Made by a program: the position numbers and the translations under genes
Part shown: piece after piece, positions 37,870 to 51,696 of the stretch
Layout: each line of letters opens with the position of its first letter
Numbering within the stretch: position 1 is the stretch's first letter
NCBI GenBank assembly: GCA_029717555.1
Contig: JAMDHS010000045.1
Coordinates: 124,001-177,198, forward strand
Origin: Peribolospora baueri
Lineage: Eukaryota
Length of the DNA: 53,198 nt
Direction: 5' to 3'
The notes under the pieces: model-generated
Databases searched by the model: none
Seen by the model: the letters and a program-made list of their open reading frames with translations, nothing else
What the model was told of the DNA's origin: nothing

Positions 37870-40463
37870 TCAATCAGTGCCGATCAACTCTACCAAACCG
37901 AACCCCTCCAAACCTCTCCGTCGTCGCCTGTACCTTCTCGCAGCGAGCCATGAAGCGAAAGAGACAAGCGAGAGCACGCCCATGGCGCGGAGGACAATGG
38001 CAACGATTAGCGCTCGACGGACCGCGCTGGGGTGTCGGCAGAAGGGGCAGAATGGGTGGTAATGATAAAGAGAACGAAAGAGCGCCAGGACCAAGTCAGT
38101 TCAGGTTCAGGTCTTCCCTTCGCGCGCGTCATGTGACCATACATGCGGAGGAGAGAGCTCACCTGTAGAAAGAACCAAGGGCCATGCCAGCCCAATTGAC
38201 GCGCCTATCCTTCCCGCGCGCAGACGGCGTTATTGGCGTTCCAGGCGGACCGACGCTCATGCTGCCCCTCAAATTGCTCTCCTCCCAACCCCTCACCACC
38301 CTCCTGTACCTATAGCCGAACACCCAAATCCAAAAGTTAACGTCCGGGTAGCTGAAGCGCGGGAAGACGCTCGTCATGCTCGGGGCCGCTGCGGCGGCAT
38401 GGGGGGGCGGAAGGGAGGAAAGGGAGGAGAAAGGGTTGTGAGGAGAAGAGAGCCGGAGCGAAGGAGGGAGGCGCGATTGGATGACGGTGAGGAAGCGCGA
38501 GAAGGGGTGAGGAGAGCTCGCTTGCGGGAAGGAAGCGGTGGAAGCGACAGAAGACGAGAGAGCCTGCTGCCGCTGCGGAGCCCGTGAAGAGATTTTGGAT
38601 ACGCCGGCGACCGAGATGCCCATGCCTAGAGTGTTGGTGGACGGCAAACCTGTTTGGTCCGTGGCCGAGTTCGACGAACTCGGCGATGTGTCGCTACCTC
38701 CGATCGACACTCGGCCGGCAGAGGCAGTGCCGGTCTGAGCAGGGTTGCGACCATCGAAGGAGGAAGGATGCTGCGACGAGGGGTCGTTGGATGGCATCGG
38801 ATAGGTGGCCGATAACGGTGACACGGACGGGAGGGAGGGCGAGTCGGGAACCGATGGATCGGCGGACATATGAGACAGTAGATCGCTGATGAATGAAAGA
38901 GAGACAAACGAGGCGGCAGTGAGAAAACTGACAGTCGGGGACGCCCTTCATGTGGAAATTCACTACGGAGCGAAATGGAAACTCACAGCGTCATGCCCAA
39001 CGTCAGTCCCCAGAGCCGGAGATCGGGCCTCTCTACCATTCCCATTTCCTGAGCCCACTTCTCCTCCTGCACCGCCCTTCTCACTTCCTCGTCCTCCTCC
39101 TCGCTATCCAACTCTGCCTCAGCCACGGGTTCGTTAGGCAACAAAATGCACCTGAAGTGCATGTTGCCCACAAGCACGCGGAGACACCAGCGGATGACAG
39201 GAGAGCGAGGAGCTAGACGAGAGGAGATATCGATGGATACGCTGCCCCACCGGGGAGTCGGGGTGTAGAGAAGCGAGAGGGGAATCCAGTGAGCCGAGGC
39301 GACTTCGGTCGGTTGCAGGTCTGGAAGGGGAGAGTAGGGTGTTGTTTGAAGGAAGACTGGAAGGCGAGAGGCATGAAGGAGACGGCCAGCAGGAAGATGG
39401 TAAGAAACGGACTGGAGTGCACTGCAGGTGCAGCGCCAGCAAAGGAAGAGCTTAGACTTACCGAAGGGTGATAAGATCATGAGCAGTCTCTTCCCAAGGC
39501 TCGTCGTGATCTCCCGGTCGTCCAGCTGGCCCACGCAAAGGTACTCCTTCTCGGCGAGATCGATGCCGACCTCCTCCCACGTCTCCCTCATGGCCGTGTA
39601 CAGCGGACCTTCGTCGTCTGGTTCCTGTCGGCCGCCCGCAAAAGCGACGTGCGCGGACCATCGGTCGGAGGAGCGAGAGGCGCGCTTGATGTACAGCACT
39701 TCTGGCGTGCCCTTTTGCACCCACGGAAGGGAGAAGAAGGCCGATAGAGGGTCGGGCTGAGGTCTGTGCTGACCTTGAGCTAGGGCGGTGTTAACAGTCA
39801 TGTTCGACGTGGAGGAATGGCCAGGGATCTGGCCATCATCACCCTGAGGCTGCGCGAGTCCTTGCGAGACTTGGCTGTCGCTAGTGCCATCGCCTCCCTC
39901 GGAGGTCTGGGTAAGAGCTCGGACGGAAGTGAAGCTCTCCTGCAGCATTTCGTCCGCGCCGCTCGCCGAAGCACCGGCGACAACGCTCTGCTTGCCCCAG
40001 CTACTCAACGAAGCCGACGGATCCTCGTTCTCATCATAACCCGGCTGCCGCGAAGGGTCGTGGTCAGGGTGGGGGCGGACGCGAACGAGAATGGCCACGC
40101 TCGCTCGACGGGGTTGGGTGGGAGGCGAAGCGATAAGCCGAGGTGGTGTTGCACGGATGCGCCGCAGTCCCGAGGCGAGGCGGCTGAGAAGCTCCTCGGA
40201 AGAGGGAGCTACCAGCGGCAAGGGCACAGAAGAAAGGCGGAGGAACATGACGACCGAGTAAGGAAGTGAAAGAGGACGGGGGAAGGAAAAAAAGACAGAA
40301 CAGAGTCGAGATTTCGAATTCACAAGACGAGACAAGGTCAGCAAGGGCGTTTGGGATGAAGGTGCATTCATGCTTATTTAAGTGCAGCACCGAACGCGAC
40401 GCAGAAGAAGAGGTTGGGAACGCTTCCAGCACGGCGGGCATGTTTCTTACCTGTCGCGGTCAT
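37870..40463 (-). CDS. Nudix hydrolase (CoA-pyrophosphatase-like) with C-terminal membrane anchor
   Basis: RRASVAILVR, VLYIKRASRSSDRWSAHVAFAGGRQEPDDEGPLYTAMRETWEEVGI (Nudix box), EVASAHWIPL and LWGLTLGMT. Last exon has hydrophobic ALIVAIVLRAMGVLSLVSFASWLAA followed by RRYRRRRR. First exon inferred as ATGACCGCGACAG|GTAAGA. Confidence 0.88.
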
Positions 40464-41638
40464 TTGTCCTTCCTCCGAACTGCCGGTGATTTGCTGCTGT
40501 TGCTGGTTCGTCTGTCGCGTGCGGCCTGGATCCTTGATTTCCCAGGAGCGTTTGCGATCGCTCTGGGCGCTGAAGCTCGCTGACCTCCAACCGCCAAGAA
40601 GGGGTTGACAAGAAGATCGAGCCAGGAGCAGGAGGGAAGCGGCGAGACGAGGAGGTGAAGCGGAGAGAAAGGGTGGGCGAGAAAGGGAAAGGGCAGAGAG
40701 GAAGGGTCGAAGGGACGCTATGGTTCTTGGTTGAGGCTCGCACAGCGGCGCGAACCAAATGCAGGCGAGGAGGGGAGGAGGGATGGGAGAAGGGCGGCGA
40801 GATGAATGCGGCTGAGATCGTTCCGGGAGGAAGGTAGCCGGAGTCGGCAATGTTCAAGGCGAGGTGGTCAGCAAGTCACATTCAGATGAGCACGGCGAGA
40901 TCAACGCCAGACGCAAGGTCGTCTTTCTTTCGGATTCACCGGCCACCACAGTCACACCCGTTCGTAACCTTGCCCACACCCTAAGATGAGTGCTCGCCTG
41001 GGAACGGAGAAATGCGCGAAGGTTCGAGCGCCGGCTGATGCGCTCCCCGAGCGACCTCTCCGCTGCGGTGCGCGTATATGCAGCCCCGCCTGTCCCGCCT
41101 GTCCGCCCGTCCTGGCGCCTTGCTCCTAGCCTCTCAGCTACCCTTGCCAAGGATCGCATTCTACCCACGCACGCTCACCTCGGGTCAAGCCGGCGCGTGA
41201 TTGTGAGAGAACGAGCGTGAAAGGGACGAATGGCGGCGACACGGAGGGCGAGTATGACGGCGGTGAAAGGGGATCAAGAGCCGTGCGTCGCAGCCTGGGT
41301 ACGGTGTTGCGAGATATGTACAGCGAAACGTGCGCCTCACGCTCGACGTCGAGGTCGGTGGTGGTGTTGGAGGTGCGAAGAGATCTTGCTCGGCTCGTCG
41401 CTTCCACCTCGTCGGACTTGACGCATCAATTCTTTGGGGAAGGCCGCGGGGTAGTATATCCAGTACTTGTGCGCTGATAGTATACCTCCGCTGGGTGTAC
41501 GCATACCCAGAGCTCCGCGCATCGCCGCCCTTCCCCGTCCGGCAGGAGCGCTTCACCTTCCATTCCATCCAAGATCGCATCCATCCGCCGGCGAGCTTGG
41601 CGCGATACTACAAAACACACACGACCACGTCGCCCACC

Positions 41639-43688
41639 ATGTTCTGCGCGAGTGAGTGCTCGCGTCGCGATGCATCCGGTGAATGGACAGCGTTGGGACG
41701 CCCTCGCGTGCTGACCGCTTCCCTCTCTCAGTCTCCGGCGAGCCACCGCAGGAGCCGGTCGTCAACAAGAAGTCCGGTCTGATCTATGAAAAGAGGCTCA
41801 TCCTCAAGGTAGGCCCCGAATCCGAACGAGCTTCGAGGTGTATCCCTGGACTAGCTCGACGCATTGAGAGCTGACGTCTTTTGCTTGTCTCTTTTTCTCA
41901 TCCTTCCAATAGTACATCCAGGAGAATGGGAAGGACCCGATGAGCGGCGAGGAGCTCACAGAGGACGACCTCCTCGACCTCAAGACAAGTATGTTTTCCT
42001 TTCTCTCCCTACTCGTTTTACGCATGCTCGCGCCCTGAGGTGAATCTGCACAACCTCACTTGTTGTGTGCTTTCCTTTCTCACCGCAGACCCTCGCACCG
42101 TCCAACCGCGCCCGCCCACCCTTTCTTCCGTGCCCGCCCTCCTGGCCGCGCTCCAGAACGAGTGGGACAGCGTGATGCTGGAGACGTTTGCTCTCAAGCA
42201 GCAGTACAACGCCACGCGACAGGAGCTTAGCCACGCGCTTTACCAGCAGGATGCGGCGGAGCGGGTGGTAGCGCGGCTGATGAGGGAGAGGGATCAGGCC
42301 CGGGAGTGAGTGAATCGGGTAGGGGGCAGGCATGCCCTCCATCTGTCCGGCATCGCATACATGTTCTGTCGACTGACCGGTTATAATCTCATTTTACCAG
42401 AGCACTCGCGAACATCCAAGCGACGCTGGGGGGTGCTCCTGCGGCGGCCGCGGCCCCGAATCAAGACGTGGAAATGGCGGAGGAAGGGGCTGCCGGTGCC
42501 CTCCCATCTGCAGTAGTGGGCAAGATCGAGGAGACGGCCAAAATGTGAGTCGATGTCAGCAGTGAGGGCCGTCCATTCTAGCTCCGGCTTCTGACCAGCC
42601 CGTGTCTACTCCCCAGCTTGTCCGCCGCGCGCAAGGGACGATCGAAGAAAAAGCCCGCAGCGGATTATCCCGCTCCGGCGGACGTCAAGGCTTTCACGCA
42701 AAAGGCGGTCGTCCCTTCCATGCACAGCACCAAGCCACCCGGTATCACCGCCCTCGACCTGGACAACACCGGCAATCTCGCACTCACGGGCGGCAACGAC
42801 AAGCAGGTGCAAGTGTTCGACCGCGCACAAGACAAGACGCTCGCCACGCTCAAAGGTCACACGAAAAAGATCACGCGTGTCGCATTCGTGGACGCGTTCG
42901 TGGACCCTTCGGCGGAAGCGCCGGCGACGTCCGCGCCGCCCAAGCTCGCGCTGAGCGCCAGCGCCGACAAGACTGTCAAGGTCTGGCGGCATCAGGAGGA
43001 GGGAAAGCAGGCGTACGCGCTGGCAACGACGTTCTCGGTGCACAAGCAGGACGTGACCGGCCTCTCGGTGCACCCTACTCGGACTTTTGCCGGTTCTGCC
43101 TCGCTGGACGCCACATGGGCGTTCCACGACCTCGACGCGGGCAAGACGATCGTCTCCGTCGATGCGCCATCCGCTTCGGAGGAGTCGGCCGAGGACGCAG
43201 CGGGAGGGTACGAGTACACTTCTTTCTCCTTCCACCCTGACGGCGTGCTCGCAGGCGCGGGGACGTCTGGCGGAGCGGTACGGATCTGGGACGTCAAGTC
43301 GGCGAAGAAAGTCATCTCCTTCGGCGGGCACGTTGGTGCAGTGAACGACATGAGCTTCTCCGAGAACGGTTACTACCTCGCCACCTCTTGCTCCGGCGAG
43401 CCGGTGGTGCGCATCTGGGACCTGCGCAAGCTGTCCGTCATCTCTCAGATCGCCGTCGGCGGGTCGGCGGAGCAGCACAAGGTGGAGACGGTGCGGTTCG
43501 ACCGCCAGGCTCAGTTCCTCGCCGTCGGTGGTACGGACGTGCGAGTGTACCAGAACAAGTCGTGGGAGGAACTGTGGTCGTTCGACGGCAACTCGGCCGA
43601 CGTCACGGGCGTCGCTTGGACACCCGCGGGAGAGATGGTCGTCTCCGGGTTGGATAGGACGCTGAGGGTGTTGGGCAAGGCTGAGTGA
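41639..43688 (+). CDS. PRP19: Pre-mRNA-processing factor 19 (U-box, coiled coil, WD40)
   Basis: [28 protein letters not shown] (U-box), [51 protein letters not shown], and WD40 repeats including FHPDG and FSENGYYLA. Confidence 0.96.
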
Positions 43689-44564
43689 GGGGAGCAAAAG
43701 GAGTCGAAGGGAGGGGGGGGGTTGCTTGGTGGAGGACGTCAGCTTAAGGATCGCAAAGCCGTGACTGGCTTTGCTGACTTGGCTTCGTCCCTTCCTCCTC
43801 CTTTCGCTCACGCTCCCCGGTGTACGAGCGTGCGACTCTAGCTCGCTACCTTTCTTCTCCCGTTCTCTTCCTGTACTTAGAGCAAAAACTCGAACGCCTT
43901 TGGTCCGAACTGGTTGGGAAGAACACGTTGGCGAGCCACCGCTCGTGAGCGGCTGAGCCGCCGTCGAGGGAAGTCGGTCGGAAAGCGAGCGAGCGGATTC
44001 GCGGCGTAGCGTAGCGTCGCGCGAGACATGCCAAAGTGCGGCTCGCTACCGCGCGACGACTCGGGAAGGCCGACGACGTCGCCTCCACAATTCCGTAGGC
44101 GTTGCTTGCGACACGGGTACACCGCACCGCACCGGACGGCCTCTTTCTTCCTCTTCTTCCTCCTCTTCCTCCTCTTCCGCCACCGACGAAACCCATTCGA
44201 TTAGGTCAGTCAAGTTCGATTCTCTTCCGCCCGCCTCAACCGAACGGCGACGTGTGATCAGAGTTCCGACGCGTTGAGGTCTCACGGGCGTGCGGAGGAT
44301 GGATCGTCTCGCGAAAGGAGGAAAGGAAAGACAAAGGGTTCGATTCGGCCGTCAAATGGGACGGGGTGGGACGGGGTGGGATGGGATGGACACTATGGAC
44401 CGTTCTACGTAGGTTCGAGTGGTCGGGCCCGACCGTCTCCGTCTCCGTCACCCGCCCACGTCTCCCTCAACGGAGCGGGTGAGTTCATCGAGAAGGCTCG
44501 AGGCGACTCGCGCTCGTCCGGCTAGTACATGAATGCGAGCTCGCTCGTTTCGCTCGCTCGTGCC

Positions 44565-46212
<1,648 letters not shown>

Positions 46213-46341
46213 CTAAGAACCCGGGTTGCAGCTTCAGGTGGACGAGGTGATCGACGCGCAAGCATCTCGGTAGCCGTAACCCTACTCTCTCTTTTCTTCA
46301 CCCTGATCCTCTTGGTATTCGTCGCAGGTTTTAGAAGGCCG

Positions 46342-46412
46342 GCTTCAATGGGGTAGTGGTAACCTAGGACCTTGCCATGGTCCAGCCAGGGGTTCGATTC
46401 CCCTTTGAAGCA
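46342..46412 (+). tRNA. tRNA-Gly (anticodon GCC), intronless
   Basis: Cloverleaf: acceptor GCTTCAA/TTGAAGC plus discriminator A; D-arm GGGT-AGTGGTA-ACCT; anticodon arm GGACC-TTGCCAT-GGTCC; T-arm AGGGG-TTCGATT-CCCCT. Confidence 0.95.
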
Positions 46413-46416
46413 AGTA

Positions 46417-46450
46417 TTTTTTGTTTCTTTTTGTTTTTCGTTTTTGCTTT
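46417..46450 (+). terminator. Oligo-T RNA polymerase III terminator of tRNA-Gly
   Basis: Several T-runs of 5 or more starting a few nt after the tRNA 3' end. Confidence 0.75.
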
Positions 46451-46774
46451 CTTCACCTCGTCTCTCCTTGCAGGGTCGCTGCGCCCGTCACTTTTGCGTT
46501 CGACAACGAGTACGAGCACGGCGAGCGGCAGCCGGGGCCGGTCAACCCTCCTCCGGGAAAGGCTGTCGGACTAGGAGCGGCGGACGAGGAGAATGCTTAG
46601 GCTTTGGAAAGGAGGAGGCGGCCGAGCGATCGTCGGTCACGAGCAGCTGGCCGCTGCGAGGAGACAGCAGCAACTACAGCAGCGGCAGCAGCAATCATTC
46701 AAGTCCGAACCACCCGACACCCGGTATGGTCCTGTCGCCCGCCTCCCCTTTCTCTGCTGCCTCCCCCGGCATGG

Positions 46775-47236
46775 ATGATGGGAACAGGAGCGCGGCAGCA
46801 GCAGCAGCAGCAACAACAACACACGCCCCAGCACGTCTCATCCATGCGCCTTTCCTCCACCGCTCAGGAGGGTTTGCTAGCCCTTCGCGACGCCCAACAG
46901 CAGCTCTCCTCGTTGGCAGCGTTGCCCGTGTCGGTGATGCAAGCAAGGAACTTTTCGACGCCTACGCCGGCGAGCTTCTTGGGCATGGACGCGAATGACA
47001 CGCAGAGGCACGAGCGGCTGAGGAGTGACGGAGGCCATGAAGAGGTGGTGCGTGTCATAGGACCGGGACGCACACTTTTTGTCCACAAGCTCCGGCTTGG
47101 GGATCTCCATGACGCCGGGAACGGAGTGGACGGATGGACGCTCGGACTCGGACAGAACATATCACATCACGTCGTGCGTTGGACAGGCGACATTGTGACG
47201 GGTGGAGAGAATGCATGGGGTTGTATGGAGAGTTAA
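46775..47236 (+). CDS. Possible hypothetical protein with poly-Gln N-terminus (doubtful)
   Basis: ATG-initiated ORF MMGTGARQQQQQQQQH...; no recognisable domain; overlapping frames are also open. Confidence 0.2.
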   Translation: MMGTGARQQQQQQQQHTPQHVSSMRLSSTAQEGLLALRDAQQQLSSLAALPVSVMQARNFSTPTPASFLGMDANDTQRHERLRSDGGHEEVVRVIGPGRTLFVHKLRLGDLHDAGNGVDGWTLGLGQNISHHVVRWTGDIVTGGENAWGCMES

Positions 47237-48587
47237 GGTGTAGAGAGAGCCAAAGTGAAGAAAGAGCTCTCCAACGAGAGGCGGCGTTCGACAGCGTCCT
47301 GGCCGACCTGGTGAGATGACGAGGTGATTGATTGATTCATGATGAGGCGCCGCAACGCAATGCAATGCGCACATTCTCCGCAACAGGGACGCCCTGAGGC
47401 GTGGGCAGGGTCATGTACACGACGCTCAACGCGCGAGCCGGCGTCGCTCGCAGATTAGGATGGCACGAACGTTGGGTTAGGAGAGCATTGAGTCAGGCCG
47501 ATCGCTTTCGCTCTCGTTTCCCCTATCGCGGCGCTTGGTTGCGAGGCGATTCGGGTTGTGGCTGACGGACGGGAGGGAGGCGCGCACCTTGTGCTTCCGT
47601 TTCCGAGCCAGGACGACGCCGGGGACCTACGGTCGCGGCGGGTTGACGTTGCCGTCTGTCTACGTACCTACATGTGTGCGCGTGCAGAGAGGGGACGGCG
47701 TCGAGACGGGAGGAAGGGGATACAAATCTTAAGCCTAAGGCCGCCCGCCTCCCTCCTCTCTTTCTCCCGTCCCGTCCCGCGTCATCGCTCCATGCATGTC
47801 GTCCGTTCCGGATCTCATCACACTCACGCCCTTCTCTTGCGCTCGCGAAGAAAACAAAGAGAGACACTCGCTCGCCCTTGCTACGGAACACGTTGAGTGT
47901 GACTTGCTCTGCGTTCCGGCTGCATTAGGGAGCCGGTAAGCCAACGAGGATGTTGGATTGGACGCCCAACGTTCGTCGTCATGGGAGCGTCGCACGCCAG
48001 CTATGCCCTTCTTCTGCTCGCTGAGCTTCCGCCCTCGCTCAGGCCCTCCCGTTTCCGAGCTTTTGTTCTCGTGTCTTATCGCATCTTCTCTTCTGTGGAA
48101 GCGAGGCGACGTTGGTAGTGGGGCGGGGTGACGAGGTCGGTGGTCTTGTCTGCCTTGTCTGTCTTGTCTGTCTGTCTCGATGCGGCACGAGTCCGGTGCT
48201 CGGATCTCGATCTCGATCGACGCAAAGTGACGCGACGCGTAAACTCAACGCACGTCCAGCGCTCAGTCCCGCCTCCCTCGTCTGTCCGTCCGTTCTATCT
48301 GTCCGCTGGCCGGCCATCGGCAGCCGTAACCGTCACCCAATTACCCCATCCGGCGGCGAGCCAATGAGCGACGTCAGCCGCAAACAGCCTCGACGGCGTG
48401 GCTCTGTTCGACTTTCTCCAGACGCGACCGCCGCATCGCGCACAGACGCCCACGCTCAGGCCCGCTTTCCCATCCTGGCCCTATCTCGGCCGCCTTCATA
48501 AACACCCCATCCCATCGCCCTCGCCCTCCTTGACGCGTACTCCCCCCATCCACCTCGCCACCACCACCGCCGCCATCGCCATCAACC

Positions 48588-50105
48588 ATGCCTCCCCTCA
48601 GCAGGCGGCCTTCCGGTCTCGCCCTCCTCTTTCTCCCCGCCCCTACCCGCGACTTTGAGCTCTCCTCCGCTTCCGCCCCCGCCATGTCCCGCTCCTCGTC
48701 TCTCTCCTCGGTGACCACCGGCACACCGCCCGTGGACGCCGCCTTCTCCACGCCGCCTTCCACCCCGCTCCCTCGCTCCCCTTTCTTCCCCATCCCTCAG
48801 GGACTCCAGGCTTCCTCCAAAGTCGCCGGCTCCTCCGGCGGAGGCTTTCCCTTCTTCTCCTTCACCAACACCGGCAACGGCGCCAACGTTCCTCGTCACG
48901 TCGGCATGACGAGGAGCAGCAGCATGCTCAGCGAGACCAGCGTTTCCTCCTGCTCCGAATGGGGCGAAGAGGCCCAAGACACGGACGACATCTTCACCGT
49001 CGCCCCTCCCTCTTCATCTGCCTCTCCTTCCTTGCCTCGCGCTCAGGCCGCTACGACGTCCAAGGCCAAGTCCAAGTCCAAGGCCAGAATGATGGATGAG
49101 AACGTGGACGTGGACTGGACGCCGGAAGAGGACGACGTGTTACGTAAAGTGCGTCTCGCGCTTTTCTTTCTCCCTTCTCGAGTTCTGAATGCCTCTCGGC
49201 GCCAATGCTGACTTGGCCCCCTACGCTCAACGTGCGCATATATGCTTCCTCCTTTACCCCATGCGAATTCACCTCGGCCAGACCTTCGAATCCATGCTGG
49301 CCTCGCTCCCTTCAAATCCCGCTTTCGCCCCTTTCGTGCACGACCCGCGCACCTCCCCCCCTCCCAACCTCGCCCACGTCCTCGCCCGCACCGTCGTCTC
49401 GTCCGGAGGTCGAGCTGCCGCTGTAGGCATCACCAAACGTCGCAAGATCGTTGACTCTCCCTCCGCCATGGATGAGGAGGATTACAAGATGGCCTCACCC
49501 CGTCCCCTCCCTCCTCACTCCTCCTCTTCCTCTTCCTCCACCAGACGGGCGCCGTGGCGCCATTCCCTGCGCGCCACGCGCATTCGCGCCCAAGGTATCA
49601 TCCGCGCGCGCATGGCCCTCGAGTTCAATCCTCTCGACCGTTCCGACGACCCTCCCTCTCCCACCCGCCCTCGTCTTGCCACACCTGAGAAGAAATGCGA
49701 GGAAAAACGAGTGGCCAACCTGATGGCGGTGGACGATGTGGACAGGACGCCCCGCCAGACGGACGTCATGATGGGTGGAGTCGCTTCGGCCACGGCGAAA
49801 AAGACCGTCGACAGGCCCGGCGCGGACACGGTCAAGGGCGGCTCGAGGAGGAAGCCGCCTTTGAGGAGGGAGCATTCGATGGACTTTCTCAATGATGAGG
49901 AGGACCCGGTCGACGATGAACTGGCCGGTGGTGGACGGGTGCAGCGGTGAGTTCCGGCGCGTCCATGGCGCCTCCTTTCCTTTTCCACTTCTCTCTCCCC
50001 GCGAGAAAGCCAGACCTCCATCGCATGTCGAACAAGCTCGCTGACCTCGCCTGCACATTTCATGTTCCCCAACGTACCAGGCTCTTAGCATACAATGTCA
50101 CCTAG
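48588..50105 (+). CDS. Uncharacterised Ser/Pro-rich fungal protein with a Myb/SANT-like motif; 3' end uncertain
   Basis: Exon ORFs 48588-49148 and about 49282-49946 joined by a GT-AG intron: DWTPEEDDVLRK|TFE...PPPNLAHVLAR...WRHSLRATR...LRREHSMDFL. Last exon not confidently placed. Confidence 0.6.
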
Positions 50106-51696
50106 GCCACCGATCACCCGGCCATCGACGACGGACGAAAGAACCCTCTCGGTTCGTCCATGCATCACTGGCTCTGCTCCCGCCTTACGCCTGCCGCGGG
50201 AGCGGATGGCCTTGACGGGCCATTGTCGCTCAACATGCCGGTCATGCGGTAGATGGGCGAACGCTCGTCGGCGCCTCGGTGCGCGGCGGCGGCGCCAGGC
50301 GAAGACGCTCGGCTTTCACTCCTTCCACGTTTCTTTCCCCTCCCTCACTTCTTTGGCGCTCATCTCTTCTTGGGATCTCTCAGTCTCACTTGTTTTCATT
50401 GTGCACTCCTTCGTTATGGGGCCTTTTTTTCTTTCGCAAATAGCCCTCGGCGTTCCGGCCGTCTCGTACCCTGTCTCGTCTTGTCGTCCTGCCCGCCCGC
50501 CTCGAGCGAGCGAGCGAACGACGACGACGTCGAGGGAAGCAACGTTCTTCTCGAAGATTACCGCTCCGTCTTTCGTCGTCTTGTATCCCTCTACTGATTT
50601 GCTCGAGCCGTTATTGTATCCTACATCCCGCACATCTAGTTGTACCATTCTGTCGCTGTCGCTGTCGTTCGTTGTAGCTCTCCGCTTCTTCAGGCATTCC
50701 TGTAGTCTGTCCGTCGCTGCCGTCTGTCGCTTGCGTGTACCGAGTAACTGTGATCTACCTCTTTCTATCCTTTTCTCCCGTCAGCCATACCGGCTTCTTG
50801 TCTTTATTCCTTGGCACCAGAGCCTTCGTACCGCCCTGTTCGTGTTGAATCGAGTCGGGTCGAAAATCCGACCTCGGTCCGCACGCGCACGCGTGACATG
50901 GTGAAGCCTGCCTGTCCCTCGATCTTTGTCCGATCCTTCGTGTGTAACAAGGTAGGTAGTGAGGATGACCATAAGGCGAGCCAAATGAGAACAGAGGTAG
51001 AGGCCAAGTCGTGCCGAGCTCCGTCCGTCGGTCGGCCTTCCCTGCTCTGCTCTGCTGTGCTCCATGCCGACACCGTCTCCCTCCGGACGTGATTGCGATC
51101 CGCTCCTGATAGATGACACAAGACTCGCCCCATCTGCTCCGCTGCCGCCTTTGCCTACTCGTCCACTCTCGCTCTCTCACATGACCGCCCGACCGACTCT
51201 TGGCTGCGTCTATCTATCCCTCCATCTACCCATACATCCAGGCACGAGTGGCTTTGCTTCCGATCGCTTCATAGAGACGCGTCGGGGTCAGTCAGGCTTT
51301 CCAGTGGGAGCGTCGGACGGCTCGGCTCGTCAGCCGGCTGGCTTGATGGGAGTTGGCTCGTCGGCCAGACGGACGAAGAGGCGGTCGAGGTGGACGTTGG
51401 ACAGGGCGAGTCGAGCGAGTGCGCAAGGTCACCGCTACCAATACCACCACCACTCACGATGGTGCACAGAAGAGCAGCCACACCAGCAGGCCCAGGCCGC
51501 ATACATCCTCCACACCCACGCCAACGTTGACGCCTGGCTCGAGTCAGTCATGCAGGTCCCCACCTACCCTTGCTTCCGCCCCCACCCGCTCGATCATTTA
51601 AGGCCAGCGGCTGAGCCGACGACGACGACAACAACGACAACAATCTCCCCGTCGTCGTCCTCCTTCACGCCTCCCACTCAAGCAGTAACTCCAGCC

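Noticed and set aside
43940..44460. Short repeats and small GC stems between PRP19 and PRE10 (GCGTA, CCTCTT, GGGAC repeats)
   Set aside because: This is microsatellite-like low complexity typical of UTRs here. There is no spacer-repeat array, terminal inverted repeat or transposase.
47470..47482. Telomerase-RNA-template-like CCTAACCCAAC on the minus strand (similar string near 12190-12200)
   Set aside because: It does not match a 1.5x TTAGGG template exactly, and no supporting structure is recognisable.
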